Shown here: positions 22,950-35,799 of the stretch, one piece after another
Layout of the letters: the number at the start of each line of letters is the position of its first letter
How positions within the stretch are numbered: position 1 is the stretch's first letter
Source: Vicugna vicugna
Taxonomy: Eukaryota
DNA: 64,000 bases
Assembly: GCA_013265495.1 (NCBI GenBank)
Contig: MU058444.1
Span: forward strand, 2,108,001 to 2,172,000
Reading direction: 5' to 3'
Notes under the pieces: generated by a model
Seen by the model: only the letters and a program-made list of their open reading frames with translations
Told to the model about the DNA's origin: nothing
Database searches by the model: none
Made by a program: the position numbers and the translations under genes

Positions 22950-23115
22950 TCAACAGACTCGCAGACAGTCAACAATCTTGTGGTAACTGGGGAAAGGGGG
23001 TGGGAAGGGATAAATCTGGGAGTTTGAGATTTACAAATGTTCGCCACTATACATAAAAGATTAAAAAAAAAGTTTCTTCTGTATAGCACAGGGAACTATG
23101 TTCAATGTCTCATAA
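22950..23115 (+). mobile_element. L1 3'UTR fragment
   Basis: ggaagggataaatctgggagtttgagattt...ctgtatagcacagggaacta; the same motif recurs elsewhere in the window. Confidence 0.75.
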
Positions 23116-23323
23116 TTTGGGAGTTAAATGTCTTGCTAACATATAAAAAAAGAAATATAATTAGGCAGAGCTCTTACACAATTAACTATATATCTTTATA
23201 CGGGAATTAACTCTCTGGAATTAATTACAGATGGCAGTAAAGAGCCTACTACGTGCAGACTGTACCTAGAATGCACAGAGAGAGATGAAGTCGGGGCTAA
23301 AACTGAATGGAAAGCGTACTAAC

Positions 23324-23517
23324 CGGTTGTCAATCTGAACCTGGACATTCTGCCACCTCTCAACCAGCTGATCCGCTTTCTCCTTGTGCCAGTCAAAGTC
23401 AAGGTCACGCTCTTTGTAGGTTTTGAACATCTCATCGCTGATGGTCTTGGCTCTCTGCAGCTCGTCCTCCAGCGCGTGGAAGACCTCTCTCTTTTCATCA
23501 ACCTCAGATCGCCATTG
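23324..23517 (-). CDS. DST: DST plakin exon ([20 protein letters not shown]...QIDNR)
   Basis: 194 nt, phase 0->2. Confidence 0.94.
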
Positions 23518-23734
23518 CTAAGATTGGTGAAAGTCAAAAATGTATCAACCACTCATCGGGTAAACACATTGTTCACCTGAATTTTACAGTCCATATACAG
23601 ATGACTGATACAAAATCAGACAATGGAAAGAATGTATTTCACATACACAAATATTACATTAGGTTAAACGTTATAAAATTGCCAATGTTTGACTCTACTT
23701 TTTAAAAAGATTTTTTTTTTTTGGTTTGCTTTAC

Positions 23735-23851
23735 TTTCCAGGGGGAGGTAATTTGGCTTATTTATTTATTTTTAATGGAGGTGCTGGGGGTTGAACCCAG
23801 GACCTCATGCGTGCTAAGCATGCGCTCTACCACTGAGCTATACCCTCCCCC
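23735..23851 (-). mobile_element. Vic-1-like SINE
   Basis: Reverse complement of GGGGGAGGGTATAGCTCAGTGGTAGAGCGCATGCTTAGC...GGGTTCAACCCCC. Confidence 0.88.
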
Positions 23852-24502
23852 TTATTTGACTGTATTTTGATGTAGAAAGAAAAAAATCAATTTTATAAAG
23901 TTTGGCTTCATGGAATGTGCAGATCAATCAAATATAATATATTCCATAAGTCAGCTACCTCAGTAAGTCTTTTTCATTGTTTATTTCTTAAATATCTGCT
24001 AATCTTGTTTAGAAATGAATGCATGTCTTAAAAATCACTGAGACAACTTTTCATGATTATTTTGCAAGAGCTTTACTCAGTGCTTTACAAACAGAAGAAC
24101 AGAAACAGACAAGCAGGACTGCCAGTCTTTTCCCCGCTTAGATCCAGTCCTCTGTGTACCTCCTCAGTTTCTTAAAACACCTGCCTCTTTCAGCAAGAGA
24201 ACCTCTTACAAATAATTTACTTCTCAGCATCAACTCCTCTTGCTGCCAACACGAACTGACGGTAAAAACCTACTACGGAAAAGAGTCACACCTGAAATGA
24301 GAAGAACTCCCCTAAAGCTAAAAATGACGGCACATTCTGATTCACAGGAAGCCAAGGTATTTATAGGGATACGAGATGGAAAGACCAGCAGTGCACTCAA
24401 GTTGAGATGTTTCATGCCTGATGTCAAAGACCCCACTTGAGTGCCAGAGAAATACTTTTTCAGAGGATAATCTGGAAAAACAGCCAGCCATAAGACTCCT
24501 AC

Positions 24503-24641
24503 CTTTAAAGTACTTATTAGATTCTCAATATTGTTCTTGTCCGCTATAACTGCTTCCTCTTCACACAGCTTTGTTTCATACAGTTTTACAAGGGCTTCTG
24601 CAGCCTGACTGTTTTTTAACACCAGATTCACAGTTTTCAAC
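24503..24641 (-). CDS. DST: DST plakin exon ([22 protein letters not shown]...ISTLK)
   Basis: 139 nt, phase 2->0. Confidence 0.94.
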
Positions 24642-25048
24642 CTGAAAAAGAGAATGAGACGATTGTCCCTGATGCCCTAGAAGGCAGTCTCGAGGTGCCA
24701 CTGGGGTGCAGGATCAAGGATGCTCTTTCTCTCATTTGTTACAAGACTAACATCTCGCTCACTGTCTTCTAACGGGCACAGCATGTGCCTCAGCCCATTA
24801 TTATAGGCAAAATGTGGGAAGATCCCACCTTATGCCCTAACCTCTGAATCTCTTCCCTTCCAACATGAGGAAGCATCATAAAGCCACAGAACTACTTAGT
24901 ACGTTTGTTATGAAGACAAAAAGTCCTATTCTTAAAAATGAGTATTTTTAGATAAAACAGCATATATATACACACACACACACACATAAAACATGGCAAC
25001 TGTAGGAAGCCAATTTATACTCTGTATATTGAGACCAGGGGCGCCTAC

Positions 25049-25227
25049 TTCTCTATGTAGGTGGAGGACATGGAGTAAACTTGGGTCATGTTCTGAACGA
25101 CCACGCTGAGCTCGGACCGCAAGGTGGGAACTGAGGAAGAGGCCGCCGCCTGGCTGAAAAATTCTTCGCACTTATTTGTGATCGTGGCCAGATCGTCCTT
25201 CAGTCGCTCTAGTTCTTTCTTCAGTTT
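25049..25227 (-). CDS. DST: DST plakin exon ([23 protein letters not shown]...STYIEK)
   Basis: 179 nt, phase 0->2. Confidence 0.94.
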
Positions 25228-25705
25228 CTATAAAACAGGGAACAAACTCAGGTGCTTTGCTGTCACTCCAGACGGAGCCTCTTTCTTCAAACACTTTGAA
25301 AATCCACATTTCACGTGATGATCATTGACTTAAAGAGGCACGTATTCTCTACTTTATCAAAGAAAGAAAGCCATGGGATTGGAGTTCGATAGGCAGTCAT
25401 TTCCCTTATGGCCCCTCCCCCAAATCTAACGGGCGCTTTTGCGTTGATAAATGCACAGGTGATAAACACATAGCGACTTTGTGCAAAGCCTTCACGGCCT
25501 CCACGGGTAAGAAAGGACCTGTCCCTGGGTTTCCCGAATGGAATCACAGGCTCCTCCTCCTCAGTCAGCAGCACACACATCGTCAGGGCTCACACAGTGA
25601 CCCCTGAGCAGAGGGGAGCGCGTGAGAAGTCACAGGCGCTGACAACACAGGGCGTCAGGACGGTGACGTGTGCTGGCTCCGTCCCAGCACGCATCCCAGC
25701 CTCAC

Positions 25706-25863
25706 CTCCTGCTCCGCGATTCTGAACACGCTCTCGTGCACGTCGTCCCTCTCCAGGGGGGTGCGGATCTGTCTGATGAGACGGTCCTCACAGGTCTCCA
25801 GGCGGAGTCTGATGTTTCGCACTTCCGAGATGTATAGATTGTACGCTGATTCCTCTTGCTCCT
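25706..25863 (-). CDS. DST: DST plakin exon ([22 protein letters not shown]...IAEQE)
   Basis: 158 nt, phase 1->0. Confidence 0.94.
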
Positions 25864-26519
25864 CTGTGCAAGTAAACGTAATATTTAAAAATCAGCTTGG
25901 TCTCTATCTTTTGGATGCTCCTGTTCATGTGTTAATACGGCACTTTGATTACTATGGGGACACAGGAAGTCCAACTAACATTACCAGGTTATCAACAACC
26001 CACCCCACAGATGCACACCTTGAAACCAGCAGACATCACAATTTACAAAGAGTTAATAAAATTTCCCTAATGCCACTTACAGTACCAATGTCTGATTAGT
26101 GATGGCTAAGGAAAGTAACGTACTGTTGTGTTTTATGTTCACAAAAACGTGAATTACATTAATAGCAGACTAGTTGTAAAAATTAAATTAAAATCCGTTA
26201 AAAGGAAAGGAAAGGATTGCGTTAATGAATAATTTTTAAATAGAGTATTACTAACATAGGGTTTTTTTTTTTTTTGGTCTGTAAGCAATATCAGGCGTTT
26301 GGAATAAAAATTTTTATTTAACAAAAGTTAACCAGACACAATCTCTTCCTTTAACCCCTGTATAAAATCCAGGTTTGATTCTGGGAAATCTCTGCACCTT
26401 GCTCTCAATTTTGCTGTGAATCTAAAACTGCTCTAAAAAGAAGTTTTTAAAAAAAGTCCAACTTTGGTATATGGGAAAAATCACTGAACCTTTTCTGAAA
26501 CTAAAAGGTCACCATTCTA

Positions 26520-26940
26520 AAATAATGCCATCTACAGCAACATGGGTGGACCTGAGATGGTCATTCTAAGTGAAGGCAGCTGGAAAGGGAAAGAAGAATG
26601 CCATATGATATCACTCATTTGTGGAATCTAAAAAAAATGACACAAACGAACTTATCTACAAAACAGAAACAGACTCACAGACATAGACAACAAACTTATG
26701 GTTTCCAGGGGATAAAGCAGGTGGGAAGGGATAAATTGGGAATTCAAAAATTGCACTTCTTGGGAAGTGATGGAAATATGAGCTATATCTTGACTGTGGT
26801 GGTGGTTTCATGGCTGTATACATCTATCAAAATTCATCAAGTTGTACATCTGAAATACGTGTAGTTTACTGTATAGGAACCATACCACAATAAAGGCGTT
26901 AAAAAATAAAACAAATAAAATTAAAATAAAGGTTAAAAAA
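26520..26940 (+). mobile_element. L1 3' fragments (composite)
   Basis: aatgccatctacagcaacatgggtggacct...tgtggaatctaaaaaa, then an older L1M-type 3' end. Confidence 0.75.
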
Positions 26941-27244
26941 AAGATCATCATTCTGAACATGACATTTCAAAATAGTGAAAATGTTCAAAAGCAGACTCAT
27001 CAAGACTTCATAGTTTGTCACACTACCTGAGTGGGATCTTTTGATTAATTCATCATTCGGAAATAAATGAATCCGTTCCTGAATCTCCCTACCTCAGACA
27101 CGCATTTAACGTCCAAGCAGCGGTGCCTACCTCTCCCAGGCTGAGTGACAAAATATACCTAAGACTGAGTGTCCCACTGAGAGCAGAAAATAGCTTGGAC
27201 CAAACACCCATGGGGGGAAAAGGGCAGGAACTCCCACGCTTTAC

Positions 27245-27428
27245 CTCTTTCTGCAGATTTCAGAAGTTCCTGATAATACTGCTTACACACAGTGACCTCC
27301 TTTTCCAGCTGTGTTATATCTGAGCCAGAAAATATCTGGGACTCCTGGCTGTCTTCCAGGAAGTCTTCAAAGCGCGACTGCAGGTTACTCAGGACTTGCT
27401 GGTGTTCACCAGGTAACATTGTCTTTAT
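27245..27428 (-). CDS. DST: DST plakin exon ([20 protein letters not shown]...KSAER)
   Basis: 184 nt, phase 0->1. Confidence 0.94.
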
Positions 27429-27917
27429 CTAAAGCAGACCAGCGATCCAAGTAAGTAAGTGATTACGGTACTAAGAGCTAAATTTAAATAGGACAGATCT
27501 CCAGTCGGCCTCACGGTAGATGCCAGTTTATAGTAACAGGCATCAACAGAAAACCACTGGAAATTCATTTTTTCCTTTCATTAGCGATTTCAGGTTTCAA
27601 AGACAAGGAGAAACAAGGCTACAAAATTTAATCAGTGAAATCAACGGCTACCCATCTCTCTGTGCCCAAGCACTACCCTGTCTCCCTGGGAAGATGAAAG
27701 CCCTGAATGAAAGACATGATCTACAGATCCCTCCGTTCTTAGAAAAGGCCTCGCACACCGCAGGCAGGTAACGGATGTCCGCGGAACGAGGGACTGTCCG
27801 TCAGCAGGGATCTGCTGGGCTCCTCCCACTGACGAGCAAACACAAAACCCACTCCTCAGAGCGACCCGGGCCCCACACTGTCGGACAGGTCGGGCTGCTG
27901 GGGAGATTCATCCTTAC

Positions 27918-28044
27918 TGAGGCCACGTTGCTGGCTCGGACGCGGTCGATTTCACTGACGAGATAGCGCCAGGACACCACGCTCTTCATGTTGGTGTGAG
28001 ACTCATGCCACAGGGTCAGGACGTTCTGATACTGTTGCTCAATC
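27918..28044 (-). CDS. DST: DST plakin exon ([16 protein letters not shown]...SNVAS)
   Basis: 127 nt, phase 2->0. Confidence 0.94.
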
Positions 28045-28249
28045 CTGAAATACACGGAGGAACGCGCAGATGAAGCCTTTTCCCTCCCTCTGAGAACATG
28101 CTGCAGTGCTGTCTTTCTGTTTGTGAAACATCCCAGGTTTACTAGCCCTGGGCCCTTCAGACCCTCTGGGCATGAAAAGGTACGGACTGTCTCTTTCATG
28201 CTGACAGCCTCCAGCACGGGGCTGCGCTGGACCCAGTGCACACACACAC

Positions 28250-28404
28250 CTGTTTGCAAAGTCGATCGCGTCCTTGTTGGGCGGAGGGATGGTAAAGCAC
28301 ACGGAGGGGACCATGGCCTCATTGCCAGTGGGGCTGATCACCTTCCACTTCGCGCGATGGGAGTTGTTCGCCAAGACACACTCATCGTCTTTGAAAATGG
28401 TGAT
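28250..28404 (-). CDS. DST: DST plakin SH3 exon ([37 protein letters not shown]...FANR)
   Basis: 155 nt, phase 0->2; plakin SH3 signature. Confidence 0.95.
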
Positions 28405-28595
28405 CTGGTTTTCAAGAACAGAATAACCCAGTGAGGTCCCTGTTGACCACTTTTCCATACTCAGTCTTGGGGTTGCTTTTATTGTGTGTGTTTTTTTTTT
28501 AATTGGAAATCTTTACCACTGGTGAGCAACATGACCTCATTTTTTAAATATATGAATAATGCCAGCAACTGGTCTGTTTCTTGGAGCTGGAGTAC

Positions 28596-28748
28596 CTCGA
28601 TCTGTCTGTAGTCACAGATGGCTCTGATGGGAATAGAAGTTTTGAGTGGACAGTCAGGACTCCTTGGCTTTAGTTGGATTATCGCTTTGGCTCTTCCCAT
28701 CAGGCTGGCTATGGTGCTTTTATACTGCAAAAGCTCTTCTTTCTCCTC
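28596..28748 (-). CDS. DST: DST plakin exon ([16 protein letters not shown]...AICDYRQIE)
   Basis: 153 nt, phase 0->0. Confidence 0.94.
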
Positions 28749-28980
28749 CTGGGTGAGAAAAAAAGACGGATTTTAAAAAGTTGAACGTGTGCTCTGTGTT
28801 GTCTCAGGAACACACAAACGAGAAAGCACCAAACGAAAAAGCACATAGGCAACTTCATCAGGAAAGTCTTCCCTGACCATCTTGGTCTCAACGATTTCAA
28901 CCCCTCTCCTCCCCCTCCAAGACCTCTCTCCCCCTGTTATTTATAGGTTTGTTTTCTTTTTTTTTCATTTTATTCTTTTT

Positions 28981-29190
28981 GGGGGCAGGGGGGAATTAGG
29001 TTTATTTATTTATGTATTTTTCGTACTTCTTTTGTTTTTTTTTTTTACCTTTTTTTTGTTTTTGTTTTGAGGGAGGAGGTAATTAGGGGTTTTTGTTTCT
29101 GTTTTTGTTTTTTTAAAGGTGATACTGGGGATTGAACCCAGAACCTCGTGCATGCTAGGCATGTGCCCTACCTCTGAGCTATGCCCTCCC
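28981..29190 (-). mobile_element. Vic-1-like SINE with duplicated 3' tail unit
   Basis: Head at 29190; two copies of the CCTAATT(A)CC-C-rich tail. Confidence 0.8.
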
Positions 29191-29295
29191 GCTTCAGGAC
29201 AGAAACTCTTGTCTGTTTTGTTCCTGTCTCTAGCACCTGAAACAGTGCCTGGGACACAGAAAGTGCTTAACAAGTATTTACAGAATGAATGACTT

Positions 29296-29343
29296 CACAC
29301 ACACACACACACACGCATGCGCGTGCACACACACACACACACA
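29296..29343. repeat. Interrupted (CA)n microsatellite
   Basis: Seen directly. Confidence 0.9.
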
Positions 29344-29572
29344 AAATGCTGTTAAAGTATTTTACAATATCCAGGCAATCACATAAAAAGCACTTCTGTT
29401 GTACTTGTCACCAGAAAACACTAAAACCGAGTATTTAAATGCATGGTGGAATGAGGCGGAAATTTCAAGAGGACCCATGAAATGTGAGGCTCTGCACGTG
29501 GAAAACATACTAAGACACGAATCTAGTCCCCACTGGACATGACTGTTGAAACACAGGTTTTCGAGTCAGTAC

Positions 29573-29698
29573 CATGGACTCCTGAACGAGGTCCTCCAGC
29601 TTGTGGACGCTGCTCGACCTGTCACAGCTGTACTTCCGCTGGATGGCATCTTTTAGGTTCCGCAAGTAGTCAGTCACTTCTTTGGCATCGTTGAAAAA
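29573..29698 (-). CDS. DST: DST plakin exon ([23 protein letters not shown]...QESM)
   Basis: 126 nt, phase 0->0. Confidence 0.94.
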
Positions 29699-30174
29699 CT
29701 GCGGAAAGAGGAAAACGGGCCGTTCAAGTGTCTGAAAGGTCAGCAAAGCGCAGAGCCGGCGGGCGGGGCACCAGGTCCCTGTGTGCACCCCTCACGTGCG
29801 GGGACAGAATCCACTTACGAGACCACGTGACCAACATATTTCTTTTAACCACACAACTCTTGGACTTGGCTGATGACAAACAACTGCTGACTGCCCGAAG
29901 CATGCATCTCTACTACTGTTTTCGCCCTGTATTATTTTTATTCAGAGTTTATACTGCTTTAGTGTCCAGTTGTTAAGTAGGGGTGAAATTTCAAGAATAT
30001 TTTAAAACTTTTGAAGAATAGGGGAAAAAAGCTCTCTATAGTAAAATAGTTCCTCAACAAGAGAAGCATGTAGAAAAATTAAGATTTTTTTCTAGATTAA
30101 ATGGCAACAAACTCTCAAAAAAAAAAAGTTAAGATTTTCAGACATTTTAAGCAGTTTTTTTCTATAGTACTTCT

Positions 30175-30930
30175 TTTTATTTTTATTTTTAGAACTGAAG
30201 TATAGTCAGTTACAACGTGTCAATTTCTGGTGCCCAGCACAGTGTCCCAGTCATACATATACATACATGTATTCATTTTCTTATTCTTTTTCATTAAAGG
30301 TTATTATAAGATATTGAATATAGCCTCTTGTGCTGTACAGAACAAATTTGTTTTGTTAATCTATTTAAGCATTTTTTTAAAGTACTTCCTCCTTAAGTCA
30401 GAAAGCAAAAGAAAAATGCCATATGATATCGCTCATATGTGGAATCTAAAAAATAAAGGGGCACAAATGAACTACTTATTATTTGTAACTTAGATAACTG
30501 ATTTCTTGAATATGTGTGAGCACATCTGACTGCCCTTTATGGTTGGATTACTGCATTCTGTTGATTCTAATTTGGTGGTTGGCTTTGTTCCTTCGATAAC
30601 TACGTAAGTTTAAAAAGCTAAAGCTCTAAACTGTTCTTTGAAACAATGATCATATGTAAACTAAAAAAACACATGTGCAATATATTGAATACATATATTT
30701 ACATGCAATATGATGTATATGTGCAAACTGTAATAATTCTACCTAATAAAACTGAAAAAGGGGGAAAAAGAGAAAATACTGCATCTGGTTGAATTTGTTC
30801 TGAATCCTGAATTAATCATTATGTGCTGTATGCCAGAAACTGACACAACACTGTAAACTGACTATACTTCAATTTGAAAAAATGAATTTAAAAAAACCTG
30901 AAAAAAAAATAAAATAAAGTAAAATAAAAT
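30175..30930. mobile_element. Cluster of three L1 3' fragments (minus 30175-30350; plus 30395-30770; plus 30820-30930)
   Basis: L1 terminal motifs and A tails; the middle piece matches the 3' end at 16730-16935. Confidence 0.7.
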
Positions 30931-31119
30931 ATTTCCTCCTTCCTAGAATGCATCCATTTATCCTAAAGGACAAATAGCCCTTACATCCTACGAAGAAAAG
31001 ATTTCGGTTTATTTCCCCTGAACACGGCACGTATGTGTCTTAACAATACGTGACGGCAGTGTGCTGTGACTCAGCCGAAGCTGTGACAGCACCTCCTGAC
31101 GCGGGGACCGTCTCCGTAC

Positions 31120-31215
31120 CTCGAAGTAGGCGCCGTTGTCCTTTAAGTGCTGCTCCACGCACTGGCAGAGCTGCAGGATCCAGCTCCACTGCGTCTGCAT
31201 TGCCGCGCGGTAAGC
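31120..31215 (-). CDS. DST: DST plakin exon ([32 protein letters not shown])
   Basis: 96 nt; conserved plakin motif. Confidence 0.95.
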
Positions 31216-32880
31216 CTTGCAGAGAAAACACAGCCGTGTGACTGTCTAGGGAGGAAGGACGCACAGTCTGCTTCTCCAGAACTAGAGCCTCCTATCTACG
31301 GAGACCACGGGGGTCCTTTAACTGAGGAAGACCTGAAAATCAGGGCAGTGCGACATCCCAGTGTCTCAGAGCCAGCCCTCAGCCTGTCAACATCGATGTT
31401 TTAACTCAGTCCAGTCAATTTCTTTCCAACCTTAAATGTCTTGGTGATTTTTCTTAAAATAGACGGACGAAGCTAACCTTGACTTTTTCACTGGAAAAAA
31501 TCTACCTAATACTGGAAACAGAGACAAGCTACCTGGCTTTTCAGAAAACAACCTTCCACTCCTCCCCGCTGCAACAACACTTCACTGTGTGGAATCCTCA
31601 CACGTGCCTCCTTCCGGCCACTTTCCTTCATCTTTCTTGTCTCCAAATGTTTATATTACTAGGTCACAAAATAGGCCTTCTGACGCAAAAACGCAGTCTG
31701 GAGTTTTCTGTCTTTGCTTCCAAAACTAGACTGGAAGCTCTTGGTGGATGTGGGGGTCATTTCATTGTCTGTTTCTACCCAGGGCTGTCTGGGGGCGGGT
31801 GGAGAAGGGCATATGCAATCCCACATCAGTGTAATTCTGGAATCCCAATAATTATAATACTCGGGATTTTTGTTTAAAATGTTTGTTACTGTAATTTTTT
31901 ATTTATTATCAGGTGCACTGTTTCACACGAGCAAAGATACTGTAGAAAAGACGCCTACTTGTTAGGGAAACATGAAACACCCTTTAAGACTTTAAGGTGC
32001 AATCCACTGGCTTCCAGAAGAGGGCGCCCTAGATGCGCTCACAACTGTCTTATGTCGGCCTGTCAGTCCTGGAAAAACTCACTCGCACGGAGCTAAGTCC
32101 AGGCAGGCTTCCTGGGTGGAATGCACAACGCAGCCCTGGAAACCTGGCCGCGCAGCTTAATCGTATTAACCCGCTCCCTCCAATGAAGCTGCTTTGAGTA
32201 AACTGGCTATAAAAGGCGTATCGTGCGCGGTTAGACTATTAGCTGCTTTTTCACATGAAGTATGAGATGGTGTTGACAATTAACTCTGCCCCATTACCCG
32301 CAAGACACTGGATGGGCCGAAGGAATCATAACGATGACTAATAAGACTTCATTTTATTCTTCAAGGAACTTTCAGTTAATTAGACTAACACCTCCGCGTA
32401 CAAGCAATGAGGTTCACTCCACATTTTCCATTCCCACCAGAACCCTCAACCTGCAACACTTCCCAGCAGCTTTCCTCTCTCTAGGGAACATCCCACTTTC
32501 AATCTGTCCTCTTACAAATGCACGTCCACACCCCGCATGACTCTGATTTCCTTTCCCTCGTGGCCCTCCTGAGCTTCCATGGCTTCAACATTCCTACACG
32601 GCACCTCCTGAGACGCAAAACCACGTATTTATCCAAGAGAAGGTCACCTGTAACATTCCCCAAACTCCCCAGTGAGGCCTAGAAGTTTCCTAATCTGTGT
32701 CACAGTGACGTAGTTCAGAGAACAGAGGCCATCAGATTCCTTTCCTCAGCGGCAGGCCACGTTCTAAGCACAGCTTTGCTTTCTTCCCCCCTGACAATAA
32801 ACCACATGTGCCCATGCTGGGTGCTCCTCACTCCCTTCCACAACCCCCTTTGCATTAAGAAAGTCACTAAACTGAACCAG

Positions 32881-33551
32881 TGTTGACCTCAGGCCTGACA
32901 ATTAGCCCCTGACTCCCAGCCACCACCACATGGGCAGCCTCCACCTCTGGGCCTGAAATGTGTGCCTGGTGTTGTTCCCACACGCCTCACAAAATCGGAT
33001 CATGAACACAATTCCTCAATCAAATCACAGTAACTGTGGAGCTGGCTCTCTGAAGTCCATAAAACCCCACTCCTGGGCTCTCCGAGTGCCTGGAGCCTAC
33101 TGACACCCTGAACTCCGACTCCCCACTGCAGGACCCTCCATGTGCCTGCACTTCTGCAAGATGAAAACATCTTCCCCGGATGTGTGTTCACCCTAACAAC
33201 ACTAACCGCCCCAGGAAATGGCTAATCTCACACTACCCTGGGCGGACAGGCCTCACTGCACTGCTGCCCTCATCAGAGTCCTGAATCCCATCACTCAGAG
33301 GAGCCCCTGACAAGTCTTGCCTCACTTATGACCCATCAGGTACCTGTGCACGAAGTGACCACGTGGCCCCTACCCCTGTGTTCACAGCCCCTTCCCCCAG
33401 TAACAGACCCTCCACGTTCACCTCTTGTCCGTGTGGCCCGCTGTTGCCTGTAGCAGCGTCCCCATTAAACTGCTCCTTGTCCCTTAAACTTCCCCTTGTC
33501 TTTGGTAAATTCTTTTACCACCCACAACACTGGTCCACCGCGTCCCCCAGC
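32881..33551 (+). mobile_element. Possible old ERV1-type solo LTR
   Basis: TG...CA ends, ATTAAA followed by gtctttggtaaattcttttacc; no clear TSD. Confidence 0.4.
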
Positions 33552-33976
33552 AGTAACGAGCACTTCCTGAGAACACACTGCGGACCAAGCCCTGGTCTAA
33601 GTCGTGAGAGGACATTATCCTCCCTCCCACTTTAGGTCAGTGGATGGGGCTGAGCCAGGTGACGGCATGGCTGCGACATCACCCAGTCGGGAAGAAGCCA
33701 GCGTCAAGTCAAGGCTGCCGAGTCAGCCCTCCGTAGTTACTGCAACACATCCCTCTGGCCACGGGGGCTCACAGAGTGCCTCCAGTGTAAGTGGTGAGTG
33801 AGTGACACACTCAGAGCAGGATGACTAAAGGCAAATCAGTACGACTTGTCAGAAACGGTCTTGTTGAGCTGGGTGGTGATAAAGCTGCACGGTTTGCACT
33901 TTTCGATTTATCAGCCAATCAAAGGATCTGGAGGGTCATAATCAGATGTCCATGTTTGACCGACTTTCTGACCTAC

Positions 33977-34081
33977 CTCAATGGTCAGTCGGGCGGGGTG
34001 ATTTTCCACAAGCAGCTGCTCTGCTATCTCCTGGACGGATTTGATGTTTTCTTCTTTTTGATCAAGTTCTCTCATTAATTC
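33977..34081 (-). CDS. DST: DST plakin exon ([35 protein letters not shown])
   Basis: 105 nt. Confidence 0.94.
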
Positions 34082-34170
34082 CTAATAGAAAGAAAGAAGT
34101 AAGAAATGTGTTAAGAAAAAAAAAGACAAAACCTGTGTCTTTACAGCACAGTGACAGAAGTCACACTTAC

Positions 34171-34332
34171 AGCGTGGTACTCTCTCTTCCTGGCTATGTT
34201 GGTGTTTCTCTCGCTCCAGTCGTAAGCAACCTCCTCCTCTTCTTTTTCATTCAACCAAATCAGTTCCTTAGTGGCACGAGTTACAAAATTATAGAGGGTA
34301 TCCAGGTGCCGTTCCTGATTCCTGGATGTATT
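34171..34332 (-). CDS. DST: DST plakin exon ([17 protein letters not shown]...REYHA)
   Basis: 162 nt. Confidence 0.94.
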
Positions 34333-34418
34333 CTTTGTAAGGAGAATCATGGTAAGAATCGTGTCTTTGCCACCCAGGGACAGATAATAAGGGAAAAGGA
34401 AGGTTCAAAAGAACTCAC

Positions 34419-34496
34419 CAAGAGCTTTGCATACTGACTTTCCAGTCTGTGCAACTTCTCTGCGTAAGTTAGCTTAAGAGGTGCGGTCATCTGGAT
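34419..34496 (-). CDS. DST: DST plakin exon ([26 protein letters not shown])
   Basis: 78 nt. Confidence 0.93.
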
Positions 34497-34619
34497 CTAT
34501 GTCGTGGGATGAAAAGAGGTTAGGAATTCTGACCTGTAGTCAGTGTATCTATTATCCTGTTACAGAGTCTTTATAGGAAGGGCAAAACAAAAATGGAGAT
34601 GAAGTATATACAGATTTGG

Positions 34620-34733
34620 AGGGGTGATAATTAGGTCTATTTATTTATTTATTTTAATGGAGGTGCTGGGGATTGAACCCATGACCTCGTGCACGCTAAG
34701 TACATGCTCTACCCCTGAGCTATACCCTCCCCC
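34620..34733 (-). mobile_element. Vic-1-like SINE
   Basis: A/B boxes on the minus strand. Confidence 0.88.
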
Positions 34734-34758
34734 TCATACAAATTTTAAATTCACATAC

Positions 34759-34887
34759 CTCACTGATCTTCGCTTCTTTAAGGCTAGATTCAAATTCTTC
34801 AATAGCTCGGTGAACATTTTTATGATTCTCCAAATGGCTTTCAACACTTGGCAAATCTGATCCCCATTCAGTGTGGTCCAGTTGCAC
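34759..34887 (-). CDS. DST: DST plakin exon ([43 protein letters not shown])
   Basis: 129 nt, phase 0->0. Confidence 0.94.
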
Positions 34888-34948
34888 CTTTCAACAGAAA
34901 GATATCAGGTTAAAAAAAAAAAAACTGGTATCAAGACTGAGACTCTCA

Positions 34949-35086
34949 GGGGGAGGGTATAGCTCAGGGGTAGAGCGCATGCTTAGCATGCACAAGGTTC
35001 TGGGTTCAATCCCCAGTACCTCCACTAAAAGTAAATAAATAAACTTAATTACCTCTCCCCCCAAAAAAATTTAAAAAAATAAATAG
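34949..35086 (+). mobile_element. Vic-1-like SINE with TSD
   Basis: AAGACTGAGA(C/T)TCTCA at 34933-34948 and 35087-35102. Confidence 0.9.
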
Positions 35087-35124
35087 AAGACTGAGATTCT
35101 CAGGCAAAGTAAATATTTTTTTAC

Positions 35125-35539
35125 CTGCATCTCATCGACCCAATTCAAAAGATCCTGAACAAATTTCATGTTTATCTCCTCTTCGGTTAAATTCTGATCC
35201 AGCAAAGATGACTTGAGAAGGGGCTTCCTGATCTGCATCAGCTTCAGAGTCTGCAGGGAATTCGCCTCGACTCCTGAACTGAAGCTGGGAACTAGTCCTG
35301 GTGGGACGCTGGGTGTGAAGGCGGGAGTGACAGCCGGGGTCAGGCGAGACGTCAGCCCCGAGGACAGGCCCGAGGTCACGCTGGACGGGGTCAGGGAGGG
35401 TGTCAGCCCCTGTGTCAAGCTCTGAGTGATGCCTGATATCATGAGCTTCGTCTGCTCGGTGGTCAGCACGCGGCCTTTGCTGTACACTGAGGAACATTCA
35501 TTCCTTAGGGCCAGAATTTCATCACGCAGTTTTGCAACC
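35125..35539 (-). CDS. DST: DST exon with Ser/Thr/Pro-rich linker ([14 protein letters not shown]...WVDEMQ)
   Basis: 415 nt, phase 2->0. Confidence 0.94.
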
Positions 35540-35799
35540 CTGAAGAGAAACACACACGGGATGAGCTAGAATACAAGAAGCGTTCTTCACAAAGGTGAAC
35601 CCTACGGGCAGCCAAGGACTCTAATGAACAGCAGTGTGTCAGTGCTGCTCCACAGCCGGAACAAAGGCCTCGCATTAACGCAGGATCTTGTAACGGGGAG
35701 AGGGGCCGGGGAGGAGACCTGGGACCTCTGCACCTTCCACTCAGCTTTTCTGCAAAGCTAAACTGCTCAAATACACAAAGCCTATTTTTTCCTTAATTT

